DNA of 12,065 bases from a virus. Its lineage: Duplodnaviria; Heunggongvirae; Uroviricota; Caudoviricetes. The notes below the pieces were generated by a model. The model was not told where the DNA came from and searched no databases. It saw only the letters and a list, made by a program, of their open reading frames with translations. Made by a program: the position numbers and the translations under genes. Numbering within the stretch: position 1 is the stretch's first letter; every line of letters starts with the position of its first letter. Positions 4,834 to 11,302 of this stretch are shown piece by piece. The stretch lies in the IMG/VR virus record IMGVR_UViG_2579778856_000001; one strand, 5' to 3'.

Positions 4834-6231
4834 GTGAGTACTGAAAAGGATTATCCAGTGAAGATCCCTAAGTGGGTTTATGACCGTATTACTGAAATAA
4901 CGGATTATGTCGTGGGGGATACGCAATGGGCTGTTACCCGGCGGCAGACAGTACGGTGGTTCCTGGCTCACATATGGCTGGAAACAGACGATGATGGCTG
5001 GACTATATGCACTGTCCGGGATATCCGTAGCAGCTATGCCAGTCTCCTGGGACAGTGTGAAATTAGTTACCAGGGGGAGTGCTTTATGTCCACGCTAACT
5101 GATTTCCTGCCGACACTTTCGGATATTGAATTTCGTGCAGGAAAAGCGAGCAAAGACCCGGAAAAGCGTAGAGCCAGTGCATGGCGGTTCAACCCCCTGC
5201 TGCCTGTGTGTGATGAGTCTGCCAGGGGTAAGTTAAATCTGGTTGACTTGGATACTGGTGAGTCTGTTAGTTTTAGAGCTCTGCTTCAGGGGAACGGGAA
5301 AGCTCCTGGGCATGCGATAGATGTAGAGAAACGCCAGACGGCCCTAAAACAAACGGAAAAGGACTTCTTGGCCAAAGTTGGGCGGGGGCGCATGAGTATA
5401 CAGTTTGTGAAGGAATTGCGTAGCCGTGAGCCGGATCACTATTACCGCGCAGGAATACGCAGCCTTAACCATCTCTACAATGGCAGGATTGAGGGACAAT
5501 ATGTCACTTACGACCATCATTATCGTCTGACGTTTGGAGGGCGGTATTATGATCAAGCTTTCCAGAATCTGCCCAATGAGTTCAAAGCTAAATTTCGGAC
5601 CGGGTTACTCAACTATGACATCGAAGCGTGCAATCTGGCCTGTCTGAACCATCTGTTCAGACAGTATGACGTCGATTATCGTGTGAAGTCATCGATATAT
5701 AAAACCATGATGGAACATACCGGGCTGACCCGTAAACAGTGCAAACAGATGGTCCATACCACCACCTACAGAATTGGGCGTGTGACTATTGGTGTTAATG
5801 ATGGCCTTGGGGCAAAAGTGTATGGATGGTGCGGTAACAGCAAAAAAAAGGCGCTAAAGATTTTGCGTTGGTGGAACCGTTATATCAGTCCATTGAAATC
5901 TGCGCTTGAGTCATTGCTGGAACGTGTGCATGGCGCACACCGCAAGAGTTGTTCATCACCGCGTAACTATCACAGGTACGCTAATGAAGTCGGATTAATA
6001 CTGGATCTTAATAGTGAGGTGTATCAGCGTGAAAAGACTCACCATCATCAATATGCGCGGAATAAGGCACTGTTGGCGTTTATGATCTGTGGTGTGGAGC
6101 AGGCGTATATCCGTGAGGTTGTCAGTATGAACCCTGGTCGTGTCTGCATGCTGGATCATGATGGGGTAGTGGCAACGGGCGCGCTTTCACTACCGGACTG
6201 GCGTGGTTTCACGATGAAAGTGAAGGACTAG
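4834..6231 (+). CDS. Compact family-A DNA polymerase-like protein (palm/fingers motifs present, no exonuclease domain); putative island replication polymerase/primase
   Basis: GTG start directly after an in-frame TGA (4822-4824), with GAGGGG at 4825-4830. Ordered PolA motifs: TFGGRYYDQAFQNLP (aa 233-247, compare TGRLSSxxPNLQNIP); LLNYDIEACNLACLNHL (aa 258-274, compare DYSQIELRxxAHL, motif A); RKQCKQMVHTTTYRIG (aa 300-315, exact R-x3-K-x7-Y O-helix spacing, motif B); VCMLDHDGVVA (aa 437-447, compare QVHDE, motif C). Inter-motif spacings resemble those of Pol I. Confidence 0.75.
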   Translation: MSTEKDYPVKIPKWVYDRITEITDYVVGDTQWAVTRRQTVRWFLAHIWLETDDDGWTICTVRDIRSSYASLLGQCEISYQGECFMSTLTDFLPTLSDIEFRAGKASKDPEKRRASAWRFNPLLPVCDESARGKLNLVDLDTGESVSFRALLQGNGKAPGHAIDVEKRQTALKQTEKDFLAKVGRGRMSIQFVKELRSREPDHYYRAGIRSLNHLYNGRIEGQYVTYDHHYRLTFGGRYYDQAFQNLPNEFKAKFRTGLLNYDIEACNLACLNHLFRQYDVDYRVKSSIYKTMMEHTGLTRKQCKQMVHTTTYRIGRVTIGVNDGLGAKVYGWCGNSKKKALKILRWWNRYISPLKSALESLLERVHGAHRKSCSSPRNYHRYANEVGLILDLNSEVYQREKTHHHQYARNKALLAFMICGVEQAYIREVVSMNPGRVCMLDHDGVVATGALSLPDWRGFTMKVKD

Positions 6232-6297
6232 CTTACTTTCTTGAATTTAACTATCTGCGATCTCTGATAAGGGCGTATTACGTTGTCAATCATAATG

Positions 6298-6328
6298 GGA
6301 TATGCGCATTGGAACGATGTGCATATCC
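6298..6328. other. 12-bp stem-loop between the polymerase-like gene and the IS30-type inverted repeat
   Basis: GGATATGCGCAT (6298-6309) pairs with ATGTGCATATCC (6317-6328), with one G-T position and a 7-nt loop. No flanking T-run on either strand. Confidence 0.5.
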
Positions 6329-6355
6329 AGTAAGTGATCCATGTCCGCTTTGAGC

Positions 6356-7045
6356 TGTGAGTTCAACGGGTCGATGCAACGCTGTCCCTAATCAAGGGGG
6401 ACGTTGCCATGAAACGAAGAACTCGTATTAACTACACGCCAGAGCAAAAGGTGATTATTTGGGACAGATATAAGCAAGGTGATTCCCTGCATGATATCCC
6501 CCAGAATGTTCGACAGATTTCACTCTACTATCATGCCTACAATCCACCAGGCCGGTGGCTACCGTCCTCCCGTGCGAAAGCGGCACCGGTTAGCGTTTTC
6601 GCTTGATGAAAAAGAGGAGATATCCAGAGGACTGGTAGCAAAACGCATCATCAGGGACATCGCTGCTAAATTATCAATAGCTCCCTCAACGATTAGCCGC
6701 GAGATCAGGAGGCACGGCGGTGCAAAACAATACCGTGCAGCAAAAGCCGATCCTGCTGCGTGGGAAAATGCTCTGAGACCAAAACCTTGCAAGCTAATTG
6801 AAAGCCCCACATTGTGTAAAATCATTGCAGAGAAGATGCATCAGGACTGGTCGCCGGAACAAATTGGCGGTTGGCTAAAACGCTGTTATCCCGATAATCA
6901 GGAAATGCATGTGTCACATGAAATGATTTATAAAACGCTTTTTATACCAACCCGGGGAGCTTTAAAAAAAGAGCTGCAGCAATGCCTCAGAAGCGGAAGA
7001 GTAGTGCGTAGATCCAAAACCTCATCACTTAAAGTAAACAGAGAT
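6356..7045 (+). mobile_element. IS30-family insertion sequence remnant: left inverted repeat plus a 5' portion of the transposase gene; right part deleted
   Basis: TGTGAGTTCAACGGGTCGATGCAACGCTG (6356-6384) resembles, from memory, the IS30 IRL (TGTAGATTCAATTGGTCAACGCAACAG). It is followed by an IS30-type transposase N-terminus. No DDE catalytic domain and no right IR occur before the next gene. Confidence 0.65.
6409..7045 (+). pseudogene. IS30-family transposase pseudogene (frameshifted and 3'-truncated)
   Basis: Two track ORFs (6409-6606 and 6479-7090) join into one IS30-like N-terminus, MKRRTRINYTPEQKVIIWDRYKQGDSLHDI / (P)RMFDRFHSTI...STISREIRRHGG...WSPEQIGGWLK...HVSHEMIYKTLF...LRSGRVVRRSKTSSLK, if one C is removed from the C5 run at 6498-6502. 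Similarity ends near aa R188 of the second ORF (about 7042), before the DDE domain. Confidence 0.75.
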
Positions 7046-7227
7046 ACATTCTGGTCACGAATGCCCGGTTGTTCGTGCTTTGCGTTTTAATCGCATTTTA
7101 CAGTTTCTGCCTGCGTGCAGAGGTTGATGGTATTTTCTGAAAAAGCGGCTCGCTTTGCTAATGCATATGGCACAAATACAACAGTTTGTGTCATTCTGAC
7201 CCATCTTTATACCGCGACGGTGGAAAC

Positions 7228-9798
7228 ATGGATGAGCTGCTAACCCTTGGCTGCATTGCTTTATTCTTCGCACTGGTGGTGGTTCCCATCCTCGCGATTA
7301 TCGCGCTCAGCCGCAGCACGGCTGTTCGTTCTGAGCTGGCGACCCTGCGTCGCCGGGTGGAGGTGCTTGAGCAGCGCGGTGTGACTGAAGCACCCGCCAC
7401 AGTGGTAACAACTGTGCCGCAGAGTGTTTCGCAGATGGTTGTGCCTGTTGAAACGTCTTCGCCTGCGGTTAACATCGTGCTGTCGGAGCCTGTGGCTGAT
7501 GTCACGCCTGAGTCCGTTGACCCCTGGCGTCCACAACCGAAGCCGCAAAACGAGGCGCTACCCACACCAGCGGTCGAACAATCTTCCGCTTTTGGTGGGG
7601 TGATGTCGTCCCTGGTGCGCTGGTTTATGCAGGGCAACCCGCTGGCAAAGCTGGGTATTCTGCTTCTCTTCCTTGGCTTCTCCTTCCTGCTGCGTTATAC
7701 GGTTGAACACTCCCTGTTCCCGCTTGAGCTACGTCTGGTGGCGACTTCGCTGTTTGCGATTGCCCTGCTGGTAGTGGGCTGGCGATTGCGGCATAAACAG
7801 CTGGTTTATGCGCTGATCATACAGGGTGGAGCTACGGGGACGCTCTATCTCACCGTTTTTGGCGCATTCTGGCTCTGGCAGATGCTGCCGATGACGCTGG
7901 CGTTTGCATTACTGGTGGCGATTTGCGCGGCGAGCGTGGGACTGGCGATTATGCAAAAAGCGCTCAGCCTCGCGATGCTGGCAAGTATCGGTGGCTATCT
8001 GGCACCGCTGTTGCTTTCCACCGGCGGCGGTAGTCATGTGGCGCTCTTCTCTTTCTACCTTCTGCTTTCCGTCGGTATTCTCGCCATCAGCATCTGGCAA
8101 CACTGGCGCGAGCTTAATCTGCTTGGCCTGTTATTTACCTTTGGTATCGGCGGTCTTTGGGGACTCGACGGCTATCGATCAGAGTATTACCTGAGCAGTC
8201 AGCTTTTCCTGATAGCCAATACGATCATTTTTGGTGTGCTGAGCGTGGCGCTATCGCTACGAGCACAGGAGAAAGGTAAGCAGATTATTGATGGCGTGCT
8301 GTTGTTTGCATCGCCGCTGGTCGGTTTTGGCATGCAGTACGCCATAACCCGGCATATGGAATATGGTCCGGCGCTTAGCGCGCTGGGTTACGGCGGTTTC
8401 TATCTGGCGTTAGCATGGCTTGCATTGCGTCGCTATCCCTCTTTGGGGAGGCCGCTGGTGCTGGCGGCGCTGGCGCTGGGTGGGGCATTTACCACGCTCG
8501 CTATCCCACTGGCGCTTTCGGCCCGCTGGACGGCGATGGCCTGGGCGCTGGAAGGTCTCGGCATCCTCTGGCTGGGCGTGCAACAGCAGCAGCGGCGTAT
8601 GAGCTATAGCGGCACTGCGCTGCTGGTGCTGGCAGTGTGCAGCGCGCTGTGGGCGCAGATGAACGGGATGAGCGCGCTTTCTCTGGTGCTAATCTTTGCC
8701 GTACTCAGCCTCAGCTGGCTGGCTGCCGCCTGGCTGTGGCGCAATATTCAGTTGCAGGGTAGTTGGGTTCTGTTGGCTGGCGGTTTGATCTTCTGGATAA
8801 TCGCGCTCATTGGGGCATCGCAACTGGTGCTGAAAAAGGACTCGCTGGTGCTGTCTGGCGTGCTGGCGTTAATGGCGATATCGGTCTGGGGCTGGCGGAT
8901 TGTCTCTGGTCGTCTGGCCTGGTGGGAGCTGGATGTCAGCAAATGGTTGCTGTGGCCGACGATGCTGGTGATGCTGCTGTCTCAAATTTCACAACATGAG
9001 ATTTTTGCTGCGGGCTGGCAGAATCTGGCCTGGTGTCTGGCGTTACCCGCTGCGGGGGCATTGCTCTGGCGTGATGCTGAGACGTTGCCGCCGCGCCTCT
9101 CCAGACTGGCGCACCTTTCACTCTTCTGGATGATTCTGCTCGCGCTGGCGGCGGAGCTATTCTGGTTTGCGCAAGATCTGCCATGGGGCATGGCGGCGTG
9201 GGGCTCCGGCCTGATGATGGCCGCGGGGGGCCTGCTCATCTTTCTCGTTCATGAGGCGGTTCATCGTCAGCTATGGCCATTCCGAAGCTGGCCCGCACTC
9301 TACGCTTCTCAGGCGATGATACCGGTAGCTGCGGTATTGGTTGTTCTGCTAGTACTGACGAATTTGCAGGATGGCGTAGTTTATCGCCAGACCTGGCTGC
9401 CGCTGGTGAATCCACTGGAGGAGGGGGCCGCTTTTGCGCTACTGGGACTCATTGTATTTTATCGCGTTTCGCAGCGCTTTTTCCCGGTGCAGATTTCGGT
9501 ATGCCGTCCCTGGCCGCTCATTGCACTGCTGGCGCTTAGCTTCTGGTGGCTGAATGGCATCCTGCTGCGCGCATTGGCCTGGTACGGCGAAGTGCCCTGG
9601 AGCGCGGAAACACTGTGGCATTCGCGGCTGATTCAGACCTGTTTTGCCCTGTTCTGGATGCTGGCGGCATTAGTGGTGATGCTACGTGCGACCCGGCGTT
9701 GCTCACGTCGCGAATGGCTTTGTGGATCCGTATTGTTAGGGATTGTTATTGTGAAACTGATGTTGGTAGACAGTGCGCGTGGCGGCGGCCTGGCATGA
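7228..9798 (+). CDS. DUF2339-type polytopic inner-membrane protein (856 aa), apparently lacking its natural C-terminus
   Basis: Track ORF 7186-9798 (TTG start). ATG 7228 with GGTGGA upstream gives MDELLTLGCIALFFALVVVPILAIIAL. The layout is one TM, then a coiled LATLRRRVEVLEQRG segment, then a Pro/Val-rich linker, then more than 20 hydrophobic helices. This is the architecture I recall for DUF2339. It ends ...KLMLVDSARGGGLA, and the TGA stop is supplied at the sequence-character break (9796). Confidence 0.8.
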   Translation: MDELLTLGCIALFFALVVVPILAIIALSRSTAVRSELATLRRRVEVLEQRGVTEAPATVVTTVPQSVSQMVVPVETSSPAVNIVLSEPVADVTPESVDPWRPQPKPQNEALPTPAVEQSSAFGGVMSSLVRWFMQGNPLAKLGILLLFLGFSFLLRYTVEHSLFPLELRLVATSLFAIALLVVGWRLRHKQLVYALIIQGGATGTLYLTVFGAFWLWQMLPMTLAFALLVAICAASVGLAIMQKALSLAMLASIGGYLAPLLLSTGGGSHVALFSFYLLLSVGILAISIWQHWRELNLLGLLFTFGIGGLWGLDGYRSEYYLSSQLFLIANTIIFGVLSVALSLRAQEKGKQIIDGVLLFASPLVGFGMQYAITRHMEYGPALSALGYGGFYLALAWLALRRYPSLGRPLVLAALALGGAFTTLAIPLALSARWTAMAWALEGLGILWLGVQQQQRRMSYSGTALLVLAVCSALWAQMNGMSALSLVLIFAVLSLSWLAAAWLWRNIQLQGSWVLLAGGLIFWIIALIGASQLVLKKDSLVLSGVLALMAISVWGWRIVSGRLAWWELDVSKWLLWPTMLVMLLSQISQHEIFAAGWQNLAWCLALPAAGALLWRDAETLPPRLSRLAHLSLFWMILLALAAELFWFAQDLPWGMAAWGSGLMMAAGGLLIFLVHEAVHRQLWPFRSWPALYASQAMIPVAAVLVVLLVLTNLQDGVVYRQTWLPLVNPLEEGAAFALLGLIVFYRVSQRFFPVQISVCRPWPLIALLALSFWWLNGILLRALAWYGEVPWSAETLWHSRLIQTCFALFWMLAALVVMLRATRRCSRREWLCGSVLLGIVIVKLMLVDSARGGGLA

Positions 9799-9915
9799 TC
9801 AGACATGAGATAAATGAAGGGGGATCCGTGAGATAAATAACGAATTGGAGTGGGTTAACATGGGTTCTGGTGAACAGAACTGAAATTCTTTTCCGCTATA
9901 CGATAGATAAGTCGG
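9796..9915. repeat. Putative transposable-phage terminus with repeated transposase-binding-like sites
   Basis: The junction begins TGATCAGA.... CATGAGATAAATGA (9804-9817) and CGTGAGATAAATAA (9827-9840) share an exact TGAGATAAAT core (9806-9815 and 9829-9838) 23 bp apart. A degenerate third copy is ACGATAGATAAGT (about 9900-9912). From memory these resemble the CACGATAAATGCGAAA element of the Mu right end. Confidence 0.45.
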
Positions 9916-9918
9916 GCA

Positions 9919-9948
9919 TTGAAATCATCCTTCCTGGCAACTTAGAAT
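9919..9948 (+). promoter_or_regulatory. Candidate sigma70 promoter for the 53-aa ORF
   Basis: TTGAAA (9919-9924), 18-nt spacer, TAGAAT (9943-9948), lying about 45 nt upstream of ATG 9992. Sequence match only. Confidence 0.3.
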
Positions 9949-9991
9949 CGAGTTTGCTGAAACATGACCCGCAACAAAAAGGATGATTCCA

Positions 9992-10153
9992 ATGACTACT
10001 CAAAACAATAAGCATGATAGCCTGGATTACTCAGAAAAGCCCAAAAGCAAGCACATCGTGACGTTCGAGCGCGATTCCGGTAGAAAAGGAGAATCGTCTT
10101 CCTCTGCCAATAAAACCACTATGCCGGCAGCCCCTGCCCCAGGGAAAAAATAA
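9992..10153 (+). CDS. Small hydrophilic 53-aa hypothetical protein
   Basis: Not in the track (under 60 aa). ATG 9992 with AAGGA (9979-9983) upstream. Translation: MTTQNNKHDSLDYSEKPKSKHIVTFERDSGRKGESSSSANKTTMPAAPAPGKK, stop TAA 10151-10153. Convergent with the 3-TM gene, with only 3 nt between the stops. No family recognised. Confidence 0.35.
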   Translation: MTTQNNKHDSLDYSEKPKSKHIVTFERDSGRKGESSSSANKTTMPAAPAPGKK

Positions 10154-10156
10154 ACA

Positions 10157-10789
10157 TCATTCATCGTTCGTTGCACGAACGCGCCTGATCTCCACTCTGG
10201 CAATCTGATCTGCTGGAATATAGGTTGCCAGAGCTCCCCAGTACTTATCAACCACGCCTTTATACTCTTCCCATTCGTTACTGCCTGAAGGGCTGCTGTG
10301 CGTGACGTAAAGAACCATATCGCCTTTATTCCCCAGGGTAAACGGACCGTTAGGCCACTCTTCAAAGTTCCCTGGCAGCCGTGACATCATACCGGAACCA
10401 TCGCGAAGAATCACTCTGACCTCGGTAACGCTGAAGCCTGTTTGATCAAACATTGCCTGCCATGCTGAGCTGGTATCGTCAGACCATGAAATATCATTAT
10501 TCCACAGTAATCTGTACATCCATTTGCGACCGTACCTGCGCCACCACGCACCGCATGTAAGGGCACACAGAAGTGCTGGTGGTGTTGCCAGCCAGGCATT
10601 CAGACCTGCCCACATAACAGCCTGGTAAGCCATCATTGCTGTCAGGCCAAAAATCAGCGAAGAAAAAGTCACCTCAATGGGCTTGTGGTGATCCTTCAGT
10701 CCCACATTCGCAATAAAATACCCAATATAGCCACTGGTCAGGGTCACCAGTGTTGCCCATGGCAGATTTAACAACGAAACGTCAAACAT
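10157..10789 (-). CDS. 210-aa membrane protein: three N-terminal TM helices plus a soluble C-terminal domain of about 110 aa (prophage cargo, unknown function)
   Basis: Track ORF 10157-10867. Its first 26 codons span the mor terminator, so ATG 10789 with AGGGAGAA upstream is preferred (MFDVSLLNLPWATLVTLTSGYIGYFIANVGL...). TM helices: LPWATLVTLTSGYIGYFIANVGL, VTFSSLIFGLTAMMAYQAVMWAGL, AWLATPPALLCALTCGAWW followed by RRYGRK. The C-terminal domain is W/E/D-rich. No family recognised. Confidence 0.7.
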   Translation of the reverse strand: MFDVSLLNLPWATLVTLTSGYIGYFIANVGLKDHHKPIEVTFSSLIFGLTAMMAYQAVMWAGLNAWLATPPALLCALTCGAWWRRYGRKWMYRLLWNNDISWSDDTSSAWQAMFDQTGFSVTEVRVILRDGSGMMSRLPGNFEEWPNGPFTLGNKGDMVLYVTHSSPSGSNEWEEYKGVVDKYWGALATYIPADQIARVEIRRVRATNDE

Positions 10790-10827
10790 ATTTTCTCCCT
10801 GCATCCTGAATACTAAAGAGAGAGCAT

Positions 10828-10861
10828 AAAAAAAGCACGGTAAGGGGTCTACCGTGCTTTT
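10828..10861 (-). terminator. Rho-independent terminator downstream of mor (bidirectional geometry, stronger on the minus strand)
   Basis: Stem GCACGGTA (10835-10842) pairs with TACCGTGC (10850-10857) around the loop AGGGGTC. It is flanked by A7 (10828-10834) and T4 (10858-10861). Read on the minus strand, the hairpin is followed by TTTTTTT. Confidence 0.8.
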
Positions 10862-10903
10862 ATACAATAAGGAGATTTTTGAAAGGACTTTAACAAGCAG
10901 GAA

Positions 10904-11302
10904 TTATCTGGATTTGTTAACGTCTTTCGTCTCCTCTGGCAGATCTTCATCAAACAACCTGCCCTGCATCCGATCCAGTTCTTCTTTTCTGACCCGCTTA
11001 ACCACGCTGTAGACCCACTGAAGCGAAACACCAAACTTGCGGGCCAGTTCGTGGTGGTTGCGTCCGTTAAACTCCCTGAAGATTTCCCGGTCGCGCTGAC
11101 TGACCTTCCATACCATGCCCATCGGGAAATAAACGTTTTGCCCGCCCCAGACCTGCATCATTCGGTTCGCGACGGCCTGACCAATCTGGTCGGCAACTTC
11201 GGGCTCAATATCAATAATCTCGCGAACGGTCTCAGAGGTATGCTGTGCCAGTTCCACCAGGAGTTCCGGCCCCTTACTTCGAAACTGATTCAGGTCGCTC
11301 AT
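10904..11302 (-). CDS. mor: Mor-family middle-operon transcriptional activator (Mu gp17-like)
   Basis: 132 aa with GGGAG upstream. The central GGQNVYFPMG...REIFREFNGRNHHELARKFGVSLQWVYSVVKRVRK parallels Mu Mor (GGGQVYIPRG...IWNDFNGRNVSELTTRYGVTFNTVYKAIRRMRR). Located immediately downstream of gemA, as in Mu. Confidence 0.85.
   Translation of the reverse strand: MSDLNQFRSKGPELLVELAQHTSETVREIIDIEPEVADQIGQAVANRMMQVWGGQNVYFPMGMVWKVSQRDREIFREFNGRNHHELARKFGVSLQWVYSVVKRVRKEELDRMQGRLFDEDLPEETKDVNKSR

Noticed and set aside
4107-4971. ORFs 4107-4550 (minus, 147 aa), 4509-4802 (plus, 97 aa, GTG start) and 4690-4971 (minus, 93 aa) covering the intergenic leader
   Set aside because: They overlap the ends of well-supported flanking genes in antisense or start at weak alternative codons without an RBS. 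Composition is Ser/Cys/Arg-rich and unlike the neighbouring proteins. The region is treated as non-coding, with a pseudogene alternative left open.
6498-6502. Possibility that the IS30-type frame break is programmed ribosomal frameshifting
   Set aside because: IS30-family transposases are made from a single ORF and the family is not known to use frameshifting. The gene is also truncated downstream, so simple decay is the parsimonious reading.
7155-7182. Promoter guess TTGCTA-16-TACAAC upstream of the DUF2339-type gene
   Set aside because: Both hexamers match weakly and several equally poor alternatives lie nearby, so it is not reportable as a feature.
7191-9836. Many 60-148-aa ORFs on both strands inside the DUF2339-type gene (for example 7191-7637, 7261-7548, 7904-8194, 8415-8609, 8748-9239, 9273-9539, 9546-9836)
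   Set aside because: Typical shadow ORFs of a long GC-rich gene. They have Arg/Ala/Gly-rich low-complexity translations and no RBS context, and they are fully nested in a coherent 856-codon membrane-protein frame.
10027-10599. Minus-strand ORFs 10027-10365 (112 aa) and 10411-10599 (62 aa)
   Set aside because: They are out-of-frame overlaps of the 210-aa membrane-protein gene and the 53-aa ORF region, with no independent support.
10790-10867. 26-codon N-terminal extension of the membrane-protein ORF (MYKSTVDPLPCFFYALSLVFRMQGEN)
   Set aside because: The extension is encoded by the mor terminator hairpin and its T-tract. A strong RBS precedes the internal ATG at 10789.
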